This document shows positions 10,901 to 20,748 of a stretch of 64,000 bases of DNA, one piece after another (positions within the stretch are counted from its first letter, which is position 1; every line of letters starts with the position of its first letter). The stretch lies in NCBI GenBank assembly GCA_035541135.1, contig DATKNW010000041.1, positions 30,565-94,564 on the forward strand, written 5' to 3'. Below the pieces are notes generated by a model. That model was not told the origin of the DNA. It worked only from the letters and a program-made list of their open reading frames with translations, and searched no databases. A program made the position numbers and the translations under genes. The stretch is from Verrucomicrobiia bacterium. Lineage in GTDB: Bacteria; Verrucomicrobiota; Verrucomicrobiia; Palsa-1439.

Positions 10901-12380
10901 TTTGACTGGCAGACAACGCCGTTGCCACAAGATTAGTTGGGGTCGATGGCACCACGTTGGTGGGCATGGCAATGTCCAGACCCGAGCCCATGGTTTCCCC
11001 GGCTCCGTTCACCGCAGAAACGACGTAGTAGTACGTCGTCCCGTTCGATGCCGTTGTGTCGGTGTAGCTGGTGGTCACCACATTCGAGGCGATAGTCGTG
11101 CAGGGCCCACCCCTGGCAGTCGCGCGCTTGACATTGTAGCTCGTCGCCCCAGAACTGGCTGACCAACTCAAGCTGACTTGCGCGTTGCCCGGCGTCGCCG
11201 TCAAGCCGATGGGCGTCAGTGGCAGACCCGACGTGCGCGTCGGCAACGAGAACAGTAACGTGCCGAAGCCGGGATGATCGGTACACTGGTTGATCGTCAT
11301 CGCGTTTTCAGGTCGGATCGTGCTGGCCATGGTCGCCGTCCAGATCGGATTGGTGATCCCCATGCGGTTGTAGTAATGGTTCCACACCATCTCGTAAATG
11401 GGGCGGAAGAAGGTGCTCGCGTATGTCGCGATGCTGCCCTTGGCCGTGCCGTCGCATGCCGTCCACGAACTGAACGGTACATTCGTGACCAGCAGCCATT
11501 TCGCTTGGTATTCAAAGCCCGTGAACACGCGATCAATGCCGTAGCTGTACAAATCCAGCCCCTGCTTCCAAGCAATCTCGGCGTTTTCGGCCAGAAGGCC
11601 AATGCCAAGTTGGGAGTGATCGAGGTCGCGACTGGTTTCGTAGTTCCAGCCCTGCGCCTGAATGTAATTGGTCACAGCGCCGCTGCAATCAACCGCCGGG
11701 CCGTATTTGAACGCGTTCACCGCCGAATCGAACATTGCCTCATTATCAAGAAAGATGCCGAGGGACATAACGAACTCCATGCTGCTGCTGCTCCAGCCCC
11801 CGTCACCGGAAAAATCCTTGCAGATCGGATAGAAAACATTGAGCATCATCGTGCCGAACCGATTGTAATTGGTCCAGCCGGAGCCGGTATAGCGGAGGAT
11901 TTCGGCAGAGTTGATGAGCTTGGTCCCGTCGAGCGCGGCCAACAACCGCACGTCAGTGCCAGTTAGGTTTGTCAACAACCCGGACCAACCATCCAAGATT
12001 TGGATGGCTTTGTTCGCATACGCCTGGTTGCCCGTGATATACCATCGCAGCGCAAGATCATACGCCGCGACGCTGTTTTGATCCAGCGCGGTTCGATTCA
12101 CGTCAGGATTTCGTCCAGCAGTCGCAAAACCGAACGGACCGCTTCCACCGTAGCTGGATTGGGAGAATTCATTGGTGGAGAACACATAATACCCGCTGGC
12201 CCAAGGCTGGGTATTTGACGCCACCATGCTCTTCATGCGGTCCAGATCCGCCTGGCTATGGTAAATCCCGGGATGAATGAAGTCGGCCCGCACGGGCCGA
12301 CTGGCCGCCGTGAGCCAGAGCAACCAGAACACTCCGACGACAACGAAGCGGCTGGTGACGTCGTCTTGCGAAACCCTCAT
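7512..12380 (-). CDS. giant secreted multidomain surface protein with alginate-lyase-like N-domain, FN3, LamG-like, PKD, InlB B-repeats, GloVer repeats and a conserved C-terminal domain
   Basis: 1622-aa ORF with signal peptide ([18 protein letters not shown]). N-domain ([17 protein letters not shown]...) is alginate-lyase-like and paralogous to the N-domain of 45689..48235. FN3 signature [16 protein letters not shown]...[10 protein letters not shown]. LamG-like domain ([15 protein letters not shown]). PKD domain (WYWSFGDGG). InlB B-repeat units ([10 protein letters not shown]). Six GloVer units ([32 protein letters not shown]...GTVFRI). C-terminal ~140 aa is shared with three other genes in the window. 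Confidence 0.8.
   Translation of the reverse strand: [1622 protein letters not shown]
8240..9140. repeat. tandem ~153-156-nt repeat array encoding GloVer (Gloeo_Verruco) peptide repeats inside 7512..12380
   Basis: Successive units such as gtcgtcccgtagaaattgc(t/c)gtcgctgccttgaacca(g/a)ccc(c/g)gcataggg...gatccgaaatacggtgcc are near-identical at nucleotide level. The last units are almost perfect copies. Confidence 0.7.
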
Positions 12381-12401
12381 CGGTTTCAGCTCCCATCGTT
12401 G

Positions 12402-12830
12402 CTACGGTACCAACACCCGCACACGATAATACCTCGAGGGTTCATTGGTCGCCCCGCCGCTGTCCACCATGTTCGTGACCACTCCCAGTCCGCCGCCTCC
12501 GCTCAAGATGTTGGTTTGACCGGTGCTGGCGAAGTTGTTCGAATAGCTGCCGTCGCCCGCGCCGGCGGTGAACTCCAAGACGTTCGTGCGCGAGGCGATT
12601 CCGGGCGACCACGTATTGTCGCCATTGGCACCGAGATAGGTCACCGTTACATTGGTACCGTCCGACGCGACGTCGACAATATACAGATACGCCGCGCCAT
12701 TGGTTGGATTGAACCCAGCCAGGAACTGGTTGGTGTTGCTCATCCCTTTGCCCAACGGATCCGCATTCGGACTCGCCTGAGAACAAGCGGTGCAGCCGAA
12801 ATACTGGAGCTGCCACGATTGAAATGCGCT
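12402..12830 (-). repeat. conserved 3'-terminal gene segment encoding the shared C-terminal domain (copy 2 of 4)
   Basis: Near-identical at nucleotide level to 7512..7940, including the 60-nt perfect block ccacgtattgtcgccattggcaccgagataggtcacc. Confidence 0.8.
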
Positions 12831-15800
12831 CAACGGCGTTGCGCTGACCTGAAAGGAGTTCGTGCTTTCGCCAAACGTATTCGTCGCAGTGACTACATAG
12901 TAATACGTCGTTCCGTCGCTGAGGCCGGTGTTGGTGAACACCACGCTGCTCACGCTGGCAATCGTCGCATACGACCCGCCGTTGATCGGGGAGCTTTTCA
13001 CGTTGTAGCCGGTGGCATTCGTCACCGCGGACCAACTCAAGGCGACCTGTGAATCGCCGGCGGCGGCCGTCAGGTTAGCTGGCGCCGCAGGGGGGGAACC
13101 GGGTGTGGCGCTGACCACGGTGGAATTGGAACTTTCGCCGGCCAGGTCTAGGGCCGAAACCACGTAGTAATACGTTGTCCCGTTGCTCAGACCCGTGTTG
13201 GTAAAGACCAAGCTCGTCGTGTTCGCAGCAATAATCGCATACGTGCCATTGCTGATTGTTGCACTCTTCACATTATAGCCGGTCGCGCCCGAACTGGCGG
13301 ACCAACTCAATGCCACCTGTTGGTTGCCACCAACGGCCGACAAGCCGGTGGGGGCCGCCGGCGCCGACCAACCCGGTGTGACGGTGACGTTATCGAACGT
13401 GGAAACGTCCAGTTGCGCGGTGTTACGCGAGCACACGCCCAACCCGGCGACATACGCGCTGGCCATGCTGAATGTCCCGGTCGTTCCCACCTGTGTCCAT
13501 GTGACGCCGTTGGAGGATATGAAACCGATGAATGAATTCCCGGATCGCTGGAGCTTCAACCACTGCGGCGGCGAGAGCACCGCCGGGCCGTTTGTCCAAT
13601 TCATGCTGCTCCCCGTGACGGTTCGCGTTGCCAAACGGCTGGTGGCGAGCTGCGTGTCGATGATCACCGCCGCCAACGTGGAATTGGCATTGGTCGTCTC
13701 GCGCATTATGATCCCCACTTTGTCCAGCGTGCCGCCATCCTGAATCGTGGCGACGCGGGCGACAATGGTGCAGTTGTTCGTTACGCTCATGTAGGCGAAA
13801 TTCATCGAATCGGCGGTCCCGCCGATGTCCGAGCCGGCGCCTTCGACCTTGAACGTGGTGCCGTCATAGCTGGCGCCGCCGGCCGTGCCGACGCCGTCGA
13901 TGTCCACATCCGACCATGGCGACGGCATCCCGGTGCCTGCGCCTGTCTCCATGGAATTGTAATCGCTCTCCCCGCACGAATTACTGCCCGAAACCACATA
14001 GAAGTAGTAGCCGTTCTGAACCACCGTCGAATCCGTATAGTTGGTGGTGGTGATGCCCGTGGCAATCGTCGTGTACGGTCCACCCGTGGTCGTGGAGCGT
14101 TTGACGGCGTAACTGGTCGATCCCGAGGATGCATTCCAGCTTACGGAAATGTTCGATGCCGTACTGCTGGACACAGCGAGCGAGAGTGGGGGTGTGGGAA
14201 CAGAGCAACTATTCGTCACCGAATCCAGGTACAACACGACGGTGGATTTCGGACCGACGTCGACCGGTGCGGTCATCACGGCTCCCGAGACAAGATCCGT
14301 GGCCGAGGTGAATCCGGATGGAACTTTCAACTGGTAGGTGTTGCTGGCGTCTCGATTGATACCGATGAGGTAGTTGCCGTACCGGCAAGCCCAGAACAAC
14401 GCTTTGCCGCGAAACGGCATATCGCTTGTCGCATAAGGGTCATTCGGTCCCAGCGGCAGCCGCTCACCCATGTAAGCCTGGGCCGGGTTGTCGGGCGGCA
14501 CGTAAAAGTTCTGCTCGGGTTTGTCCACGATATTCGGTCTCACGTAGAATGAGACGCTGGACGGGACCTGCGGAATGTTCTCGACCACGCCGTACAAATC
14601 ATAGTTCGTGGTGCTGTAGTAGAAGCGACCGAGGCCATTGACGCCTGTGCCGGTCTTGGCCTGCCAATATGTCTCCAGCCACAACCGGTTCGAGCCGTGC
14701 TTGACCGCCACAATGCCGTCGTCCTCGTCCGCCCAGGCAAAATCCGGCTGGCCCTCAGTCATCGGCAACCGAATGCCACTGTCGGTCGCGGCTTTTACCC
14801 CCGAATAATCGCTGAAGACGCCCATGACGTAACGGCCGTCGAAGCTGTTCGCCGCCAGACTGCTGCCGCTGTACCATCTGGTATCGTAGACCAGATTGGT
14901 GAAGTACTGATTGTCGTCGTTGATCATCTGTTTGGCATACCCGACCACGTTCGAGTCAAGCGTTGCCGCCGCAGCTTGCATCCCGTGCGACCACCCGGAG
15001 CTGTCGCCATAGGCGGGGAAATCGGCAAACTCGACATCCGACTCGTTGGCACCCCGCCAGGCAAGCAGACCGATGTCTTCCATCCAATGGTAGTAGTTGG
15101 TCACACTCCCGTGAACGAAGGTCCCCATGTTCGGACGGCGGAACGGCGCGCGCGCCTTGGCCATCTTGACTGCCTGGGTTTGGAACACTGAATTACTGGT
15201 CATCCCATAGAAACTGGCGGCAAAATACTGCATCTCGCCATACGAATTCCCCACGTACCCTTGCTCCCGTGACAGGCCCTTGGCCGTGACCTCCGTGTAG
15301 TTGGTGCCATACATTAAGGAGCTGCCGCCACCGGCCAAGTCGCTGCCCAGCCACGGCTGCAAGCCAATCGCTTCCAGAAGGTACCGCTGGGCGTTGGTCT
15401 CAGTGAAAGCATTCGCGTTCCCGAGATCCTCCAGCCCGCGATTGGCCTTGTAGATGTTCGCATTCGCGATCAATCCCTGGTTCGACAGGTACCAACTGTT
15501 CCGGTTGAGCCTCCCGTAATCGCGGCTGGCGACCAACATGGCGCCCCAAGCCTGCCGACGCGTCAGGCTGCCGCCGCCGCTATAATACACCGTCGCATCG
15601 ACGTTCGTGCCAATTTGGGGAAGCAGGAGATGAATGGCCCATCCCAGGGCCCCGAATCGCCCTCCCCAATTCTCGTTCCCACCGCCTGAACTGACGCTGG
15701 TGCTGGGATTGGCATAGTAACCTGACGCGAACGTGTCCAGCGCGGTAATGACCTGGCTCACGAGAGCGGAATTCTGATAGGCGGCGGTTAGATTGGAAAT

Positions 15801-16643
15801 GGAGTAGGCTTCCGCCAGGAGTTCGACGTCCGAACAGATCCAGTTGGTCACCGCTGTGCTCAATCGGCCACTCACATAACTGTTTACACCGGCCGTGAAC
15901 GTGCCCGAAGCCCCCAAGACCTGACTCTCTGTTGGCACCGAGGGCACGGTGGTGGTCGGCGCCACTCCTTGTGTTTCGCCGGTGGGGATCAGCAGCGGGT
16001 CGACGTGCGTGTAGGCCGCATAAATGGCGCGGCTGTTGGTGATCATGGCGAACTGGTAATTGCCACTCGGTGGTCCACCTGATCCGAGTGTATAAATCCG
16101 CCCGGCGGAAACGATTTCGACCGTCAAGTTCGTCCGGCCTTGCGTCATCCACAGCGGCAGAAGCGTGGTCGAATAGAAGAAACGCCCGGGCAACGGCGGG
16201 AAGCAAGCCGCGGCGTTCAGACCGATGTAATCACCCTCGTGTCGATAGCCGATTTGCCAGTTCGTTGTCGAGCCCGCGTGGAACTGGCTATCGGGAACAT
16301 ACAGGTACAGCCTCCCCATGTTGGAGTCCTGCTCGAGGACGCTGCTCGAGTCTTCCCCACCCCAAAGTTTTATCGAGACGTAATTCCGGCGGAACGAATC
16401 CACATTCATCGTGAAGGTCAGGTTGCCGCCATACACGCCGGAAGCGCTGCTGTTGCTGATGCAACGGCGCGCTGTCTGCCCCAACGCTCCGGTCAGCGAA
16501 AACGTGTTGTTGGCGACAAGCGAATGGCCGGCCTCGGAACTCGCGTTGCCAAAAACAATCGTGTCCGATTGTTGCGCCGGACATGGCACCAGCCACGCCC
16601 ATAGGCCACACCCGCACAATGCCATCCTGAGCACCGTCTTCAT
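12402..16643 (-). CDS. giant secreted multidomain surface protein with a putative glycan-degrading N-domain (paralog of 1531..3858), FN3, LamG-like, FN3 x2 and the conserved C-terminal domain
   Basis: ORF 12402..16700. The likely start is ATG at 16643 ([25 protein letters not shown], signal peptide, preceded by agcaagagaagggaacagaggt). N-domain matches 1531..3858. FN3 motifs ([32 protein letters not shown]). LamG-like domain ([15 protein letters not shown]). C-terminal [43 protein letters not shown]...[11 protein letters not shown]. Confidence 0.8.
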   Translation of the reverse strand: [1413 protein letters not shown]

Positions 16644-16677
16644 ACCTCTGTTCCCTTCTCTTGCTTGTGTTCTCACC

Positions 16678-17490
16678 CTAAAACTCTGGTGGCAATTCAT
16701 TGTTCACGTCGGCCTGCCGGATTTGTTCCAGCGCCGTCTCATTCAACGCCTTCGCATAGACGCGCAAATCGTCGATGCTGCCATTGAACGGCCGATGGTA
16801 TTTCGTTTGCATCGTGTTCCCGATCACGTCGGGTCGCTGGCTCCGGTCGCCGCGTTCGCCGAGGGCACCGACGGAAACGTTCCGCGTCTTACACAGCGCC
16901 TTTTGTACCCGGCCGGATTTGCCACCCTGATAAAAACACACCTCACTCGCTGACTTTTTCCAGACAACCGCGAGGAACACCCAGTCGTTCGGTTGCAGCC
17001 ACCCTGCGTATGGTCCGTCGTCCCCGCTTTCGAACCAATACAGCGTGCCTTTGGGGATATCCGTCGCCGCGACGCGGAGTACCCACGTGCCGTTCGTCTT
17101 GGCAATCAGGTACATCGACGCCAGATCGAACAACGACGCATCGAGCGCCTGCCGTTCGCCGGGTTTGTACCAGCAGGTGATTGTCATTTCCTCCAACCCA
17201 CGGACCGGCAACAACACGTTCACCAGGGCTACTGGTCCGGAGGCAGGGTCCACGAAGTTCGGCACTTCTCCGACATAGCACCTGTCCGCAGGCTGTCCCG
17301 AGACGCCCGAGCCGTCTGGGCCGTATTTCGCCCCGTCGCGCAGCAGCACCTGGTCGGCGGACTCGTTGAACCTTTCGGCGAACAACAGAGCGCTGACCTG
17401 TACTTTCACCGCCGCGCGCGCCGTCAGAGTCGTGGCTGAAACCGCGAAGACCGTCACGGCCCTCACAACAAACCATCGCAGCATTTTCAT
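16678..17490 (-). CDS. secreted LamG / concanavalin-A-like lectin domain protein
   Basis: ORF 16678..17697. The likely start is ATG at 17490 (MKMLRWFVVRAVTVFAVSATTLTARA signal peptide). That start overlaps the symporter stop as ATGA. LamG-type C-terminal motif PFNGSIDDLRVYAKALNETALEQI. Confidence 0.7.
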   Translation of the reverse strand: MKMLRWFVVRAVTVFAVSATTLTARAAVKVQVSALLFAERFNESADQVLLRDGAKYGPDGSGVSGQPADRCYVGEVPNFVDPASGPVALVNVLLPVRGLEEMTITCWYKPGERQALDASLFDLASMYLIAKTNGTWVLRVAATDIPKGTLYWFESGDDGPYAGWLQPNDWVFLAVVWKKSASEVCFYQGGKSGRVQKALCKTRNVSVGALGERGDRSQRPDVIGNTMQTKYHRPFNGSIDDLRVYAKALNETALEQIRQADVNNELPPEF

Positions 17491-19298
17491 GAAGTGGATC
17501 CTGCAACTCTGGTCGCTTCCAATGTGCCTGTGGTCGCTTCCACAGAAATAGTGTCTCGCTGTCGACGGCGGGAAATGCCGTACAGGATCGCTCCCACGCC
17601 GAAGATCGTACCGCCGCAAAACACGAAACACATTCGTCCGCGAAGGCTGTTGGGAATCAGTATCAGGAGCAGAATGAACGCACCGTACACCATGCACAGC
17701 CCGCCGAGCAGTCTGTAAATCGAAGTCTGCACACCTTCCTCGCCGTGTTTGTCCACGGGCGTGCGCAGGTTTCTAAAGAACATTTCGACGGAGTCTTTGT
17801 ATTCCTGGGGACTCGACTTGTAAAACAAGCTGGCGAAAAAATACCATCCAGTGCCGATGACCACGGTTCCGAAAGTGGTCGTCGCCAGCATCAGATAGGT
17901 TTTTTCGTCGGCGGACAAAGCCGTCTTCCAACCCATAAAATGCTGAAACATCTCCGGTTTGATGAACTGGCCAAGCAGAAACGAAGCCACGCCACCGATC
18001 AGCACCGTGCTCCATGCTGACCAACCGGGTGTGCGTTTATAGAACATGCCGAAAATCAACGGCAGCGCGATGGGCATGAGCAGGTTGGCGGCGAATTGGT
18101 TCAGCAAATCAAACAAACCGACCGTCCGGAACTTGTTCACCAGAAGCGCGACGATGATGATGATCACGCCGAACGCGAGCGTGCACAATTTGCCGGTGAC
18201 GAGCAGATGCTTTTCTGACGCATTGGATTTGAACAACGGTTTGTAAAGGCTGCGAACGAAAATACCGACGCCTTTGTTCAAACCCGCGTCCATGTTCGTC
18301 ACGCTTGCACCCAGCATGGCGCACAGCAGCAAACCCAGCAGCCCTTGCGGCATCACGTCCATCGATACCGCCACGAACGCCGCCTCGTGCGGTTGCCTCA
18401 ACAACGGGTATTCCGCCGCCAGATTTGGGTGCAGGATCGTCGCCGCCATCGACGGGATGAACCAGATGAACGGCCCGATGAACGAGCCGATCAAAGGAAT
18501 CAGCACCATCCGTCGCGCGTCCTTGTCACTACGCGCCATCAGATACATGGTGGAGTTCTCGATGTTGTTCGTGTCGGAAAACTTGAACCAGATCATCACC
18601 ACCGCCCACATGGCGATAAGTGGCATCCGGGCCAGCTCTGTCCAATCAAAGTGCGCGCTCGGAACTTTCTCGATCAGTCCGCTCAACCCGCCAACATCCG
18701 GTCGCACCAGCACCAACACCGCCGTCACAATCGCGATCGTCAGCATGAGAAACATCTGCACAAAATCGCTCGCCAGTACCGCCCAGGCGCCGCCCGCAAA
18801 TGCCACCAGAGTCACCACGATTCCCAACACGATCAGCACGGTGTTCATGTCCACATGAAATACCGACGCCATGAATACCCCGATGGCGTTCAGACCGGCA
18901 CCCGCGAAAAACAATCGCACCGGAACCATTACCCAGGTGTAGAATTGCTCCGAGAACGGCCCGTAACGCAGCCGCACCGCTTCGATCCACGTGATCACGC
19001 GCATTCGGCGGAAGCGCACACACGTGGCGATCATCAGGATTGCCAGCGCGATAACCGAAGCCCAATACACCACCAGCACCAATGTGCCCGTCTCATACAC
19101 CTTGCCCGCCGCACCCGTGAACGTCCACGCGCTGAAAGTCGCAATCCACGCTGACGTTCCAGTGATCCACCACGGCATCGCCCCGCCACACCGGAAATAA
19201 TCCGACGTGTCCTTGCTTAATCGGCGGAAGATCACTCCGATGGCCAGGATGAACACGAGGTAAAACCCGATGATAAAATAATCGTAACGGGAGATCAT
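17487..19298 (-). CDS. sodium:solute symporter (SSS/SLC5 family) transporter
   Basis: 603 aa with 13-14 predicted TM helices. N-terminus MISRYDYFIIGFYLVFILAIGVIFRRLSKDTSDYFRCGGAMPWWITGTSAWIATFSAWTF is typical of the SSS family. Confidence 0.85.
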   Translation of the reverse strand: MISRYDYFIIGFYLVFILAIGVIFRRLSKDTSDYFRCGGAMPWWITGTSAWIATFSAWTFTGAAGKVYETGTLVLVVYWASVIALAILMIATCVRFRRMRVITWIEAVRLRYGPFSEQFYTWVMVPVRLFFAGAGLNAIGVFMASVFHVDMNTVLIVLGIVVTLVAFAGGAWAVLASDFVQMFLMLTIAIVTAVLVLVRPDVGGLSGLIEKVPSAHFDWTELARMPLIAMWAVVMIWFKFSDTNNIENSTMYLMARSDKDARRMVLIPLIGSFIGPFIWFIPSMAATILHPNLAAEYPLLRQPHEAAFVAVSMDVMPQGLLGLLLCAMLGASVTNMDAGLNKGVGIFVRSLYKPLFKSNASEKHLLVTGKLCTLAFGVIIIIVALLVNKFRTVGLFDLLNQFAANLLMPIALPLIFGMFYKRTPGWSAWSTVLIGGVASFLLGQFIKPEMFQHFMGWKTALSADEKTYLMLATTTFGTVVIGTGWYFFASLFYKSSPQEYKDSVEMFFRNLRTPVDKHGEEGVQTSIYRLLGGLCMVYGAFILLLILIPNSLRGRMCFVFCGGTIFGVGAILYGISRRRQRDTISVEATTGTLEATRVAGSTS

Positions 19299-19323
19299 CG
19301 ACTCATGCCTGATATTGCCATCC

Positions 19324-19956
19324 CTAGGGTGTTAAAGCCGCGGCTGTTTCGGGGGTGACCACCTGATAATTGAAATCGAACCACTCGCGCGGCGTTTTTG
19401 GATTCGCCGGGGCGTCGGGCGCACGTGTCGTGCGAGGGATGATGGCCAGATCAACAATTCTCGCCTCCATGAGCCGTTTGATTTCCTGATCATGATCGCC
19501 GTTCGACGCAACGACTACCAGTCTGGAGTTTCCTTTGGACACCCGGTCGGCCTTCATGGCGGGTACTCCAATGAGCGACACCACGGCATCCACGTCGGGA
19601 TGGCTCTCCAAGATCCGCGCATACACATCCCCCGGCAGGGACAACTGCGAGTCATCCGTCAATGGAACCAACTCGGTGCCCACCACGGTGAGTTTTCCCG
19701 CCCGTCTGACCGATTGTCCGAAGATCTGCCGGAGTTTCATCGTTTGTTCGCACATGGCGCAATCTGCCGCCGCGACCACAACAATTCTGCCGTGATTCCC
19801 CAACAACTTCCCGGTCTGCTCGACCGCCGCGTCCCCGACTCCCTGCACCATCGAGTCCCCGACCGTGATCGGCTGTCGCTGCGTCTGCACCATCATCACA
19901 ATCGCCACCGCAAGCATCAGGCCCACAACCACCCCGATCAATTTCTGGTTACTCAT
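19324..19956 (-). CDS. membrane-anchored periplasmic CxxC protein, thioredoxin-fold-like (inferred); paralog of 21331..21936
   Basis: 210 aa. N-terminal TM (LIGVVVGLMLAVAIVMMV). Beta-strand-CxxC-helix pattern RIVVVAAADCAMCEQTMKLRQIF. A later V-P loop (SLIGVPA) could be the cis-Pro loop. It is encoded directly downstream of a pseudopilin gene. Confidence 0.6.
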   Translation of the reverse strand: MSNQKLIGVVVGLMLAVAIVMMVQTQRQPITVGDSMVQGVGDAAVEQTGKLLGNHGRIVVVAAADCAMCEQTMKLRQIFGQSVRRAGKLTVVGTELVPLTDDSQLSLPGDVYARILESHPDVDAVVSLIGVPAMKADRVSKGNSRLVVVASNGDHDQEIKRLMEARIVDLAIIPRTTRAPDAPANPKTPREWFDFNYQVVTPETAAALTP

Positions 19957-20022
19957 AATCTAGTCCATGCCGCGGGTTTCTGTCGGGTCAAATGTTGAAA
20001 GATGGTCAACCTGATCCGGTCA

Positions 20023-20748
20023 TCAATCACCCGGGGTGATTGTCCACATTCCTTTGGGGCTGATGAGCGTGCCGCTGCCGATCGTCTGGATCGGCCTCAA
20101 TGCCTCCACGTGGCCATCCGCAAACAGATAGTTCGATATCGACTTGTTCATATGCAACTCGCCATTCCCCGAGGCCTGGTACCGATACGCTGGGGACGCG
20201 AGTTCCGTGCATTGACCGCCGCTCTGCCAATTATTGAACTGGCTGCGTTCCGTGATGTAGATGGTTCCTGAAGGATCCGGGACATCCGAGCTGAGCTTCT
20301 TGAATTGGGTGAAGAACCCGGTCGGGCCACCATATACAGGAGCCCACTCGGACATGATTGAGTACGACCGGCGCTTTGCGCCACTGGTACAGCCCGAGTT
20401 GGAAATATCGAGGCGCAGCGTGTCTGAAGGGCACGTAAACACGCCACGTCCTCTCGGCGCCGCCATCTTGCTGATTTTTTCCGACCCCATGTATCCTGAT
20501 AGGTATTCGTCAAAAGTGACGGCACAACTATTATAGTTGTACGAGGTGGGCAGGTAATCGTTCCAGTCGTTCGCGTACATGTAGGCCGCCACGCCCATCT
20601 GCTTCAGATTGCTCGCACACGCCGCCATCCGTCCCTTCTCTCGCGCCTGACCCAGCGCTGGTAAGAGCATCGCCGCCAGAATCCCGATGATGGCAATGAC
20701 GACCAGCAATTCGATCAACGTAAACCCTTGCTTACCCCTTCTCGTCAT
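20023..20748 (-). CDS. prepilin-type N-terminal cleavage/methylation domain protein with H-X9-DG (DUF1559) C-terminal domain (pseudopilin-like)
   Basis: ORF 20023..21006. The likely start is ATG at 20748 ([32 protein letters not shown]). C-terminal [12 protein letters not shown] is the H-X9-DG motif. The mature part has five Cys. Confidence 0.8.
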   Translation of the reverse strand: MTRRGKQGFTLIELLVVIAIIGILAAMLLPALGQAREKGRMAACASNLKQMGVAAYMYANDWNDYLPTSYNYNSCAVTFDEYLSGYMGSEKISKMAAPRGRGVFTCPSDTLRLDISNSGCTSGAKRRSYSIMSEWAPVYGGPTGFFTQFKKLSSDVPDPSGTIYITERSQFNNWQSGGQCTELASPAYRYQASGNGELHMNKSISNYLFADGHVEALRPIQTIGSGTLISPKGMWTITPGD